A DNA stretch of 64,000 nucleotides from Paramecium tetraurelia. Taxonomy: Eukaryota. The notes beneath the pieces are model-generated. The model had not been told where the DNA came from, made no database searches, and saw only the letters and a program-made list of their open reading frames with translations. Where the stretch lies: the NCBI GenBank assembly GCA_000165425.1, contig CT868574.1:124001-188000 (forward strand), read 5' to 3'. This document shows positions 1-13,029 of this stretch, piece by piece. The translations under genes and the position numbers were made by a program. Positions within the stretch are counted from its first letter, which is position 1. The number at the start of each line of letters is the position of its first letter.

Positions 1-320
1 AGTAAAATAAAGAGCAACTATAGTCATAGAAATTATCAGAATCTGAGAAAAACAACTCATCTAATTAATATAGTCTACAATCTTTAATAGATTTGCAAAA
101 CAAATTATAAGATTTATAAACGGAAGTCAAAAAAGAATAATAGGATTATCTATTAATACAATAAATGAAGCAAGAGTAATTGAAAATTACATCAGAAAAT
201 GATCAAATAAAAACTCTGATTGAAGCAAACTTAAAATAAGTAGTGACTCAATAAAATAAAGAAATTGAATAATATACAAAAAATATTGAAATCTTATTAA
301 ATAAAATAGAATTTGAATGA
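1..320 (+). CDS. 3' end of a coiled-coil protein (partial, runs off the window start)
   Basis: Open frame from nt 3 in the ciliate code (QNKEQLQSQKLSESEKNNSS...), rich in Q/E/K/L, ending in TGA at 318-320. Confidence 0.65.
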
Positions 321-803
321 GAATATATATTTTAATGATGATTTACTATGGTTAGTAAATGTATATAGATAAGAATTTAAATGTAAATACTATTAATTCT
401 AATAATTGATTATCTGAGTATTAGGTGTCATTTTACCGCATTTCCCAATTATTCTATTAGAATATGATAGATTTCTTTCTTTAAATAAATGGTCTTATGT
501 GTCTTCTATGAATATCTAGGAAATAAGTTTAACTTAAGATACTAAATTTTAGAAAAAAATCCTTATATCTTTAGTTATTTCCTAAGAGTATGCATTAAAT
601 AGAAATCTACAGCTTTAGTCTAACACAAAAATAAAGATATTGATTAAGAATATATATTAAGGAATGAAAGGTTAAGAAGTGATGCATCAACATTATTTAA
701 AAACTCTTAAAACCATAAGTAAATTTAATTACACTATGTTGTTAATTAATTATTAAGGTAAGTAAGATTATAATTGATAATATAAATAATATAAAATATC
801 TGA

Positions 804-2002
804 ATGGGAAATTGTTTCTTACAGGAGGAAGAAAAGAATTAGAAATCTTCAATAAAAAAAGTAGATAGCTTTCTTGCATAATAAATGGAGAAAAGGAATG
901 AAAAGTCAAAAGTGACTTTGAAAGATTTTTTAAGTCAAGGTGAAATAGGAAGAGTAATTAATATGATTGATTGAAATGCTAGGGTAAATTTGGGAAGGTT
1001 TTAAGAGTGAAAATGAAAGGGAAAGACAATCGAGAATATGCAATGAAAGTTATTAAAAAAGCTGATATCTTGAAATATGGACTTGTGGAGCATACTATGC
1101 TAGAAAAGAATGTGTTGGGTGCAAGTAAGAATCCATTTGTTGTGAAATTGAAATACTCATTTTAAACTGAGCAAAAGCTTTATTTAGTGATGGAGTAAAA
1201 TATATTTTAATGAAGCTAAGATTTATTAAGGGTGGTTAATTAGCTAAAGTATTAAGAAAAAGATAATAGGGAACATTTACAGAGGAATAAACTAAATTTT
1301 GTGCAGCTGAAATAATATTAGGTTTGGAATATATGCATCATACTCTAAGAGTAATATATAGAGATTTGAAACCAGAGAATGTGATGGTCACTGAAGAAGG
1401 ACATTTAAAATTGGCTGATTTTGGACTGTCCAAATAATATGAAAATGAAGAAGCTAAATTCTTTACTGTAATATACGCTTACTAAAACATAGCTTGCAGG
1501 GACACCAGAGTACTTGGCTCCAGAGATTTTATTTAATTAAGGCCATAATCACATGGTTGACTTCTGGTGTTTAGGAATTCTAATTTATGAGATGTTAGTT
1601 GGTTACACTCCGTTTTGTGATGATCAAGGAAACCATAAAACAATAGAAAATAATATCAGAAATGGTTAGATTATATATCCAAAGTTCATGAGTGAGTCAT
1701 CCAAGAATATAGTGGATAGATTATTGAATAAAGATCCAACATAAAGACTTGGTGCAAAATCTATTTAAGAGATTAAGGATCATAGTTTCTTTTGTGATAT
1801 TAATTGGGAATAGCTCTATAATTTATAAATCCCATCTCCAATATTAGAAAATACCCATGTTTATGTAAATAAATATATCTGATAGTTAATCTAGCCGCAA
1901 GTTAAGAAAGATTAGTTTGGTAAAAGAATCTATGAAACACCTTCATCGCATTTTATTGAAACAAACGGTGATTTCAATGGTTTCTCTGCAGCTTAAGAAT
2001 GA
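804..2002 (+). CDS. AGC-family Ser/Thr kinase with N-terminal MGNC acylation motif
   Basis: Starts MGNCFLQ. Motifs [41 protein letters not shown] and C-tail DFNGFS. Tiny introns, e.g. 954-982. Confidence 0.92.
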
Positions 2003-2079
2003 TTATATCTATGAAAAATGGTATTTTAGATATCAATTTAAGTTTAAGTTATGGTATATATTTATTAACAATATAATAT

Positions 2080-5000
2080 TCAAGTTTCTTTTCTTTTTTT
2101 CAATTTTAAAATTATTCTAGCTTCTGAATTAAATTTATTGATTTTTAGCATATCATCAAGATCTTTCTTCAAAATAGAGTCATTAGATATTAATTCTGCT
2201 ATATTGATGGTCTTTCTTAGGTGTAAATATGTTTAATGAAATTATTCAAATTCGTTATGTTTTGATATATTTGATTAAAAGGTTTCCATTATTATCTTAG
2301 CATCCTCTAATTCATCATTAAATACAAACATATCTTCTGTGTCTTCATTATCATCCTTGGCCTTTTTTAAATCATGATTATATTAATTTTTCAAGACTCC
2401 AACTAAATTTTGGAGAAGAGTTAAATTTAAGAATCGAGGATTCTAAAGTAATAGTTAACAAAATCCAAACAAATAGAGTTGGCAGTCATATTCAGGTAGG
2501 CAGTACTTACTGGAATCAATTACATGATCATAAATGAAGCCCTATTGTTGTTCTATCCACTCTAAGGTTAAGGCAGAATTTTTAATAAACCCTGAAATAT
2601 ATATTCCCATTAGTCGAGCTCTCAAAAAATCGTTTTTTACTAGCAATTAGGATCTTTAAAGGATTTTTGTGTATATGTAAGTTAAAACCTCCTTATTTAA
2701 TTGATATTCTTGTAGCAAAAGATGAAGAAGCAAAATAGCTTCACCTTAAGAGGATTCACCTATTTGTGGATTGTTAAACACAGTTTCCAACATTTATATT
2801 AACTAAATTAAGATATAAGATGAATACAAATTCCTGAGCGTTGATATTTGAAAATAAAGATTTTCCATAATAAATATAATAATTAAAGAGTTCAAATAGT
2901 TGTCCAAGTGTGAATTTTTATTTTTCAATGACTTTTTTACATTAAAAGAACATTTCAGCTTAAAAATCACTAATAAATTTAGTTTTACAAATTAACTAAG
3001 AGATGAAGTATACAATATCCTCATCAAAATCAATGATATTTGGATCTAAAATATCTATATGACTAATTACTTATGATATATTTATATAACACAGAGACCC
3101 TATTTTCTAAAAGAGTAAAATGGACAGGAATGATGTTCTCTATTTCAGGTAAAGATTTAAGTATATTCCAAGTTTAATTGATATAAATCTATCTCTCAGT
3201 CTATCCTTATTCAAAAAGTTGCTACTCTTATTATATTTTCAAAACTATAAGACTTAATGCTTAATCTAACACAGAAGGTTCTAATGGAAATGTTCTAGCA
3301 TAATGCAATCATAATATATACTTGAAAATTTATTTGATTGTGTCAAAATGATCCTCAAAATCACTTTATATTAACGATTAACATAGTACGAGTAAAATCT
3401 ATCCTATATTTGGTTCCAACAGTTTTTCTAGATTTGGTTCTTCAATGATATTTTTGATAGCTTCTATTGCACAATAGCAATTAGCATATAATTCAGTTTA
3501 CGAAGATTTGATCTAATTCATCAAAAAATTAAGTAGCTAATAAGAGAGTTCATCTTTCTCATTCAGAATTGTTTTACAATAGGCTCCAATAAAGGTACAC
3601 AGTCTAGCCTTAACAAGAGCTAAAAGTATAAATTATGTATGTACGTATTGAATAGTTAATTAGGTAATCGTTGTATTCGCCGATAAATGATTTGAAAAGT
3701 GAACCAACCTCATTTCTTGAAATGAGAAAATTACTCAAAATCGATAGGACCAATAATGAAGTCTCTAATAAAATATTAATATTCATTGATTTCAAAAAGT
3801 AATGTTCTCTGAATTCCATGATCAATCCTAATTATTGACTTAGTTCAGTATTCTTTAGTTTTTAAATGCAATACGAAGCAATTAATGTTGAGAAGGAAGC
3901 AAAGAAGGATATAGATCCATCTATGTGTTAAGAATAAGCGATAATTAATTAAGCTACTGATGACTTAATGATATCAGATTTCTATTCATCTAATAGATCT
4001 TAAGTCAATTGCACAAATTCATTGGGATCTTCATTGAGATCATTTATTTCTTTATAGGTCGACGAAAAGAAAGGTAAAATAATGTCAACGAAAATAGCCA
4101 TCCTATATTCAGCAAAGATGTGATAGACTGAAACACTTTTGCATGTAATCGCCAAAATTTTAATGATTTCATTGATTAATTTTTATTGATTTTGATTAAG
4201 GTTTTCGTAAGAGAAACTAGGCTACATAGTAAATGCCACAAGACTTTAGATGTAGGTATCACAGATGACACATAATACTTCTTGGAAGGGGCACTTGTTT
4301 GCAATTGCTTCCTTGTAAAATGTAAAGATAGAGCCATAAATCAATCTTTATAAAGACACAATCAATTGAAGGTATTCTAAATCATCACCCACATATGTTA
4401 ATTGTGGGATTTTGAGAATGAGGACTTAACACAGTTCCTCGTTGAATATCAAGTATTATTGAATTGGGTCTGGGACACTCCTCATCTAATTTGTTGTAAG
4501 ATGTCGATCTAATTGACTAAAGAGTACTCTAGCCCATAGTATTTTAGTTGATTGAGAAAAACCATCTATTATTTTACCGATTTTGATTATGGATTAGAAC
4601 CATTCAAATTGGTTATCCAAATGCAAAGTTTCAGCTATGAAGCATGCTGACACTATCATATTTTCTAGCTTTGTTTCGATAGATTAGATGACATGCTACT
4701 TAAGACGAGTTTTGAAGTGATTTTCTAAAGTTGAATATTATAAATCCATTTACATTTATCATAAGAAACTAATTACTGTAGAGCTTATTGAACAATGTCT
4801 TTGATTTTATTAGGGATTTATTTAGTGAACATTTGAACAAAGAGATCAACGTGATGTAATCTCAGTTCAGCAGCATATGGTTCTATATTATAATTTAATA
4901 TGGCCTTACTCGTGTTGGCTATGAATTTTTTAATAGCAGTTTTTATTGTTATGGCAGCTTATTCGGCCAAAAGTACATCATTTTATTAAGATGATAATTC

Positions 5001-5132
5001 ACATAAAATGTCTATAGATCCTATATCATTCTGACAGCATTGAATCAATAACTCTTCTGCTTTACTCCTTGCTTAACTGTCTTTAGCTTAGAAGGCAATA
5101 ACAATCATTTTTGTATACTCCTACTAATTCAT
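2080..5132 (-). CDS. Importin-beta-family (importin-7/8/Cse1-like) HEAT protein
   Basis: N-terminus MNQQEYTKMIVIAFQAKDSQARSKAEELLIQC resembles IBN_N. About 1000 aa of helical sequence with an acidic loop near the C-terminus (KKAKDDNEDTEDMFVFNDELED). Confidence 0.7.
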
Positions 5133-5188
5133 CTTAAAATTTATATAGTGATAAATTATAAACTTTATTAATCAATATATATACATAG

Positions 5189-6424
5189 TCATTTTAAATT
5201 CAAACTAATTTTATTTCCTTTATAATCATACTCCGAAAAGACTGAGATCACTTTTAAAGCTTCTTGAATGTCAACCATAGTTATTTGGATGGCTTAAGAG
5301 TCAAGTTTGATTTCTAATAATGAGAATAGGGTTACCTTGAATCTTTCCAACTAATTTAACCATGTCTTGAATTTCTAATAATTAAGGAATGCCAGAAAAT
5401 GAGAGTACTCTAGTCAAGGGAATGATTTTAAATTTGGTTTGACTTCCTTGATAATATTCTTCATTGGGATTGTTAGTCTACAAGTGTGAATTCTGAGGAT
5501 TCTAGAAAAGTATTCTTAACTAACATAATAAATTTAGATGTAAAACCTCATTTCCAAAAAAGACAACATTATTGAGTAACTCTTTGGCAATGATAGCATT
5601 CTCTTTGTTTACAAATTATAGAATTGATTAACGAATATGTTTTTTTAATATTAAGGCTTCCAGATGTCCAAACCTGTTAAATAGATTATACAACATCCTT
5701 GGAGTGACTCTTTCGTCCAGATTGGAAACCCTTAAAAATTTGGAAGGTTATTGATTTAATAATTCTTGGATTGCAAAATCATTGGAATCCAATTGAGTCA
5801 ATGAAATTTTGGCTACTTCTTATTCATAGTCGTCATCTAGTATTCTTTCCAATTGTCGTAATTGAGTTTCCATTCTATAAAATACATTTAAATAAATACA
5901 TAGCTTTTGTGGGCGATTCTTGGACAATATTTTACGCCCCTTTGAATTGATTTCCATTATTCGATATCTATTCGATGGATTGAGGCTTGATTAAGGGGGG
6001 AGAAATTTGGATTGAATTTGGTAGAGTCATGGATTTCAAGGGATACTTCTATTCTGGTTGTGTTTCTTCGTCATCAGAGCAATATTCTGTGCCTCTGGTG
6101 TGATCAACCACTTCTAAGTCCAACTATTTCAAGCGAGAATAATGAATCAATAATCTGGTATAAATATAACTGAAAGTGTTACCTGCCTCCCTAAGGAGTG
6201 AGCGATTTTCCTATCATATTACGTCTTGCTGAAATAGCATGTTTAACTTCGTTGTACTCTACAAATGCTTTGTTAGTTTTTCCCCTTTCGAAAATTAATA
6301 TTTTCTTGACTTCCCCATACTACTTAAAGGTCTCAAATAAAAAATCATTAGTTAGTGGGAAGGATTGAGGCAAGTAAGTTATGATCAATAACAATATTTT
6401 GCTAGGAGGATCTCTAGAATTCAT
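5189..6424 (-). CDS. PTB/hnRNP-L-like multi-RRM RNA-binding protein
   Basis: PPSKILLLIITYL...LTNDFLFETFKQYGEVKKILIFERGKTNKAFVEY...LLIHYSRLKQLDL resembles PTB RRM2. A further RRM follows (PSKFLRVSNLDERVTPRMLYNLFNRFG). Confidence 0.8.
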
Positions 6425-6700
6425 TTATAAATTAAATCAATTTAATTTAAAATCCTGCCGAAACGAGGATTTAAAATTCGATTATTAACTGTTAATAATT
6501 ATAAAAGCCTCCTCTAAAGCATCCTAACAGTAATAAATCCTACTCTTCATTGTAAATTGCAGCCACATTTTCCTTCTATTTTTTTAGCCAGAGATTGTGT
6601 GTCACTTAGTGCACCCCTTCACACTCATCTAACATCCTCTTGATTCCTGAAATCTTTGAAACCTGTGCTTTTTCAGGGATAATAGTACAGTATCTTCCAT
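6421..6700 (-). CDS. Putative 77-aa ORF whose TGA overlaps the next ATG (ATGA)
   Basis: MEDTVSKISGIKRMLDECEGVHQVTHNLWLKKQKENVAAIYNEEMLQRRLL...IDLIYK*, if introns 6663-6688 (26 nt) and 6524-6543 (20 nt) are removed. No recognisable homology. Confidence 0.4.
6444..6499 (-). promoter_or_regulatory. Tandem inverted repeats / hairpins just upstream of the PTB-like ATG
   Basis: Arms 6444-6456 and 6466-6478 pair at 12/13 positions around CGU-UUCG-GC on the sense strand. An adjacent palindrome ATTATTAAC-T-GTTAATAAT lies at 6481-6499. Confidence 0.45.
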
Positions 6701-6777
6701 TTCTTGATTAGTAAAAAGATTAAATGATTTAATGAATAATAAAAATAATCTAAAAATTATACAATGATGAATCGGTG

Positions 6778-7460
6778 TCATAATTTCCAAGCCATTTTCA
6801 TTAACAAAACAAAATGTTCGTCATTGTCCACTGAAGCTGATACTGCAGCATAATAATCACACCACTCCTAATAAGTCAATTACCCATTCCTATCCACATC
6901 TCCAAAATTAACAAGAAATTCTTCGAAAACCTGATTCTCTGTCATCTGTCCATTCTTAACCTTAGGATGCATTTTAGTATTGTAAACACCTCTAATACAT
7001 ATTCAAAAATCTCACTTTAAATCATCCGCTGTAATGTATCCATCTCCTGTTTTATCGAATTTTCTGAAAGCCTGATCTACTATAGCCTTTCTAGTTGGAT
7101 TCAATTAACCCTAAAATATAAATCTACATTACTCTTATGGAAACTAAGAATTCATCAAAATCTATAGTTCCGCTCCTATCCCTATCCATAGCAGCAAATA
7201 AGATCTACAATCACTCAATACTATTACGTCAACTTCATTCCAAGACAACTAAACTCCATTCTCAGCTAGACCCACTTTCAACTCATTTTTGTCCAATTTC
7301 CTATTCCCATCATATGAATCAAGACATCTAAAGCAAACACCCAACTGTCTAATTGTTTTCGATCCCCTTGCTTATAAAGCATCACGAACTCGTTTTAGTA
7401 CTAAATCTTCAATTATAAAATCATACGAATTTGAGCAGCTTCCTATTATTGTCTATTCAT
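6778..7460 (-). CDS. Calcyphosin-like EF-hand protein
   Basis: ARGSKTIRQLGVCFRCLDSYDGNRKLD, MDRDRSGTIDFDEF, FDKTGDGYITADDL, HPKVKNGQMTE and YYAAVSASVDNDEHFVLLMKMAWKL, the typical calcyphosin C-terminus. Confidence 0.9.
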
Positions 7461-8490
7461 AATATAAACTTTATTAAAATAATAAACAGTTTCATGAAAT
7501 ATAATCCAAATTAATATCATTATTTATTCCGAATCTATAGACCAACCTCTTTTGAGTTTTCTGCCCTCTCAAATTATTGGAACCTCAGAATTGAATACCA
7601 AAATTATCAATCAGATTTTTAAGAAATCTCATTCATTTTTAGTCTAAAACTTAATTATTAGTTTATTTAATAAATTTACTCACCTATGGCAATTACAATC
7701 TCTTGTTTATAACTAAAAAGAGTTAAGATAAGTTTCCTTTTTTGAAAATTGGGTCATTAATTATCTATCAATTAGTTTGATCTTTATTTTTAATTATTTA
7801 AATCAAAATTACAAATACTTATATTTTCTATCTGCAAATTAATGAAATAAGTAGTTTTTCTTCAAATATATTCTTCTAAAATTCATAGAAAAATTCTCTT
7901 TTAGAATTACTTTAAATTATTATTTTTTTTGTATCCTTAATATTGCTTTTAATTACTATCACATATTTATGTTCCGAGATAATCAATCTTAAAGTTTCAT
8001 TTAGGTCTAATTCTTTATTATTTCTTATATCCTTTCATAATTGGCTTATATCCAATGGTATTCGAAATTCCTTCTGATTATACCAGAGGACTTAATTGCC
8101 ATTGATTGCTTTAGATTTGCAACGATTATAATATCTTTTTAATTGTACAAAATTACAAATCCAAAAAGTAGCAGCGCGCATACATATATCTCCTCTCAAT
8201 CTAATATGTGTGGAACTCTAATCTTCCATTCTATTATGTATTATAAAAAGGCCATCAAAAATTATCTAAGAATAAATTAATTTCTCTTTTATTTATTAAT
8301 TTTATTATCTCATGAGGAACTACATTCCATTTAGACATGTATTAGCTTACAATAAATCTGTAAAAAGTTAAAGTTATGACTAGTCATAATAGAAGTGTTT
8401 TTACACAGCAGAGTAAATATAATTATATAGGAAGGAGGGTAAACAATATAATTAGAATTAAGTGCATTAATAGATTATTAATTATTAAAT

Positions 8491-9506
8491 ATGGAATCTA
8501 AATCTTAAAATTAAAATTCTTCATTGACTGATGACAAATAATTTAAAGTAAATCAATCCTCGGATTCTGATGACCATGAATAAAATATGCTGAAGAAAAA
8601 CCAACATAAAAAAATTAGAAAATCTTTGACTAAAAGAAAAAGTAGCAATTGGGGTTCAGGAAGACCTTCAAAGAGAACAGAAACTAATGATGATCATCAA
8701 TGGAGTCATTAATTAAAGAACGAGGCTCTTTCTGGGTTATGGTTTGGTAGAGATATCTCAATGAAAATGATCATATATTTATGTAAAATGGGAAACATGA
8801 TATTTAAAGTTGTTACAGGCATACCTGCCTCAAAAATAAGGAAAGGCTTTATGAAATTTGATTCCAATAGTCATTAAGATAAAAAAAAATACTCACTTTA
8901 ACTCAAGAAAGATTTAAAGGTAATTGATCTTAAAGTATATTAGAATAAAAATTCAAGACTTCTTGAATACCTAAATTACCCAGCAGACACAACCTATATG
9001 TTTTTGGAAAAGAACAACAATTGCGAAGATAAATTATCATTAAAAAACATATCTGAAGAATCCTAAATTGGTTTAGAAGTGGTTATGAAATCTTTATCAA
9101 AGAACTTTGTTAATACCTACAAATTTATTATTAGAGAATACTTTTAAAATTCTTAAGATTTTCTTGAAAATAATTTAGTGGATAATATTGTTAGATAATT
9201 AGTTGAGAATCATTAGGATCATAAAATGTTATTTGATAGGCAATTAATTCATGAATTAACAAAAGACGATTATGCTCTCATCAATGAAATTGTAATAATT
9301 TTGCATTATATCTTAAGGAATCTGATCCATACCAGGCATAAATTCACTAGTATTAAAATTCAGGTATCAGAAATATAAACTTCTTTTCGAATACATACAA
9401 AGATGAGGTAGAAGAAATTAAAAAAAACTCATTTTGGATAAGAGAATTTATTGAAGGGTTTATTGAAATTTTGTAAGGTTCTAATATTTAAATTCAACAT
9501 TTTTGA
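8491..9506 (+). CDS. Hypothetical protein
   Basis: Long open frame in the ciliate code from MESKSQNQ, with one 26-nt intron near 9292-9317 and TGA at 9504-9506. Confidence 0.65.
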
Positions 9507-10207
9507 CGATAGTTTCCAATGAATTAAATTCATTTTTTTATCTTTATAATTAATAAACAAATTGATTGTCTAAAAAAATTAATGACTCACTTAATACAAA
9601 TATTGTGTCATTTTTATTTCAACTTTATGTGACAAAATTATGATTAAGATTCCAGAGGGGTATAAAATCCTTCTCGTCAATGTCATAATTATCAAAAATA
9701 TAGTACTAATGATTTATTTAAGAAAGGATTAAAAAGAGATAATCTAAATTAACTGAATTAATATTTATTACAATTTTAGAATCATATTCCTAATTCAATT
9801 AATAATTAAAGAATGTTCAGCTAGATTCTGTTTTTGAAAAGAATTAAACCATGTAGAAACTATTATTTAAGGAATATGATAATGAACTATATTAAAATAT
9901 TAAATAAAAAAATCATTAAGTTATAGATAGGAAAGTAGTTTCACTAAATGTTTGACATGTTAAGATCCCTATAATTTTCAGTATATCATCATTTAATCAT
10001 ATATTCAAATTAATGTGATTGTTGAAATTGACTCTGGAATTAAGGCAATTTTCTTTTTTAATGTGCTAAGGATAGACAGAAAATAAAAAATGAATTGAGG
10101 GGGGATCAAAGTTTTATTCAACTTTTGGAAATTTGGCAAGTGCTGTATTATATTGGTAAATTCTAAAGTATTTTGAGAATATAGTTTTAATTTATATTTA
10201 TTATATA

Positions 10208-12953
10208 ATGAGACTCATTGTATAGCAATATTATGGTTTTGGTTAGAAAAAAACCTTTAAGATTGAAATTAATGAAGAAGACTCATCAGACTAACTGATT
10301 TCTTTAATTGCTTCAAAAGTTGGACGTTTAGTATAGGAATTAGTGATAAAGTGTAAAAGAGATTAGTATTCTGTAAAAATTACGTAATATATTAGATAAA
10401 AATAATAGAGGGTTGGCCTATAGAATTTTATGAATTACAAGAAAATTAGAATATTTTGGTTGAAGTAAGGGAAAATGAGTCAGACACAAAATAAAAGGAA
10501 TAAAAGAGATAAACTGAAAAATACTTGAACAAATTATTTATAAACCAAAGAGAAAAACCTTAAAAACTATCAGAAGTATCTGAAACAAGTGAAAATTCAG
10601 ATGATGAAGGCAATTCCTCAAAATAAAAATCTTCGAATACAAATGTAGAACCTATATAATCTGATTATGAAGATAAAATATTTTAAACAGTGAAAAGTGG
10701 TAATTTAGATCTGCTACAACAACTTTGTTAAAAAATAAATCCTTCATTATTAAATCAAGCAACATTTGGAGGGTGGAATCCAATCCATTTTGCATCTTTT
10801 TTGGAATATAAATTAATTGTAGAGTTTTTGATTTCCAAAGATATTGATATAAACAAGGTAACCGATGAAGGATGGACTCCATTATAGATAGCAGTGCATC
10901 GTCACAATATTGAGATTGTAAAAGTAATCTTGAATCATCCTCAAATTGATGTGAATTTGATAACAGACAAGGGAATTGCATTAAATTTGGCATGCAAATC
11001 TGGCTAAATAAAAATAATAGATTTATTGCTTTAAAAAAATGCTGATCTCAAATTACAAGATAAAACTGAGAGAACAGCCTATGATTATTGTAATTAGGAA
11101 ACTAAGTTGTACATTGAATAATCGAAGAAAAGCAATCAAATGAAAGATTAATTAAAGAGTGCAGATGATTTTATTCCTCCTAGACCCCCAATTGCCAAAG
11201 GGTTCATCTATAAAACGGGTTAAATGTTGGTCACCTTAAATGAGAGATTTTTCGTATTAAATCCTGATGAAGGAACTTTTATAAGATTTAAGAATATTTC
11301 AGATTACCCACTAAAACCATTGTAAATATTATGAAATTAATAGATTTAAGAGAGATCATCCCTCTGAGAAGTGTCAAAAGTGTGCTTATGACTCAGAAGG
11401 GTTTTATATCTAAATCTGGATATCACTATTTTGAGTTGTTGTATTCAACTAGAATTATTCTGGCATGTAAACATGAACATATAGCGAAAAAATGGGTGGA
11501 GTATCTTTATAAAGCAACTGTTTATTATCAATACATTGAAGAAAAAATGAAAGAGTAATTAATTATAATATGAAAGAGGATCTCTAGATCCAAATTTAAT
11601 AGATAAAAACACTGAAGTTTTAATTGAAGACACTAATGCAAAAGCTCCTTCTTCTGATCCCCCTCCAAAACAGATATCACCTGAATAATCTATCTCATTA
11701 CCAAGAGATGAAGCATCTATAATAATTTAAAAACGATTATCAAATCCAGAGCCTGTTCATAGGTATAGTCAAAGTCCTCCAAAAAACTCAGAAATTGAAT
11801 AGCCAAGACAGATATCTTAATCTTAGCAATAGTTAACATCATCAGTTATGGACAGTCAAAATGAATTGCTTAAGGATAGCAAAGTGAATTTCGATTCATT
11901 TGAGATAATAAAAGAGTTGGGATCAGGAGCTTTCGGAAAAGTGTTTTTAGTTAAACATAAAGCAGATGGTAATATATTTGCAATGAAGGCACTTAAAAAG
12001 AAGACTCTAATTTTGAAAAAATAAATCAAGTATGCCATTACTGAAGCTAACGTTTTAAAGATGTGTAAACACCCATTTATTCTTGGATTACATTTTGCAT
12101 TCTAAGTATTAAATTATTTTATCAATCAGACTCCAAATTATTTGTACCTGGTTCTAGACTATTGTCAAGGAGGTGACTTATCCTATCACATAGCCAATTT
12201 AGGGAAGTTCTCTGAAGATACTGCTAGATTCTATGCTGCTGAAATCCTTTTGGCTATTGAATTTCTACACACTAAAGATATCATCTACAGAGATATGAAG
12301 CCAGAAAATATATTGTTGGATTCTTAAGGTCATGTCAAATTAGCAGATTTTGGATTATCAAAGGAAGGTGTTTCTGATTAGGATAAGGCAAAGAGTTTCT
12401 GTGGATCTCCTGCATATTTATCACCTGATATTCTAAGTCAAAAAGGAGCAGGAAAGCCCAGTGATATCTATGGAATTGGATGTGTGATGTATGAAATGAT
12501 GACTGGCGAATCTCCATATTATAATGATGATATACAACAGATGTATAAAAACATACAAAGTGGAACCTTGAAATGGCCAAAGAAAATGTCAGTCGAAGCC
12601 AAAAACTTACTCACTGTATTAGCATCTTATCTATGAATAGAAAATGTTAGAGAGGGATCCAAACAAAAGAATCGGAACTAAATCGAAAGATGAAATTAAG
12701 TAGGATCCCTTCTTCAAGGGAATTGATTGGGACAAAGTTTATAAAAGATAATATAAACCTCCAATCACTGATTTCTCTGAAATGCATGATGATGATGATC
12801 AATAGGATTTCGATGGGGATGAGTTGGGATATGGTGGAAAAGTTACTATTATTGATAATCATTTAGGCTATCTTTTAGGATTAGGACTACGAACAAGAAA
12901 ATAATAGGACCAATAGAGTCAAAAATTTTAGTTTTGCCACTAACTCATCATGA
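10208..12953 (+). CDS. UBL-like / ankyrin-repeat / PH / AGC kinase (Akt-like) protein
   Basis: Ankyrin motifs GWNPIHFAS and GWTPLQIAV. PH domain KGFIYKTG...RFFVL...KKWVEYLYKA. Kinase LGSGAFGKV, YRDMKPEN, DFGLSK, SFCGSPAYLSP. C-tail NFSF. Confidence 0.92.
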
Positions 12954-13029
12954 TAATTTATATAATGAATGATTATTATTATAAGTATAATATTAATTTT
13001 AATTTATTAATTGAACACGACATTAAATA

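Noticed and set aside
335..780. Possible PX-like N-terminal extension of the first kinase
   Set aside because: No plausible splice joins it in frame, and the ATG at 804 (MGNC) gives a clean start. The segment remains unexplained.
7480..8330. Candidate small genes or an in-frame TGA (selenocysteine) ORF on the minus strand
   Set aside because: Several competing frames, no homology, no redox motif and no SECIS-like element seen.
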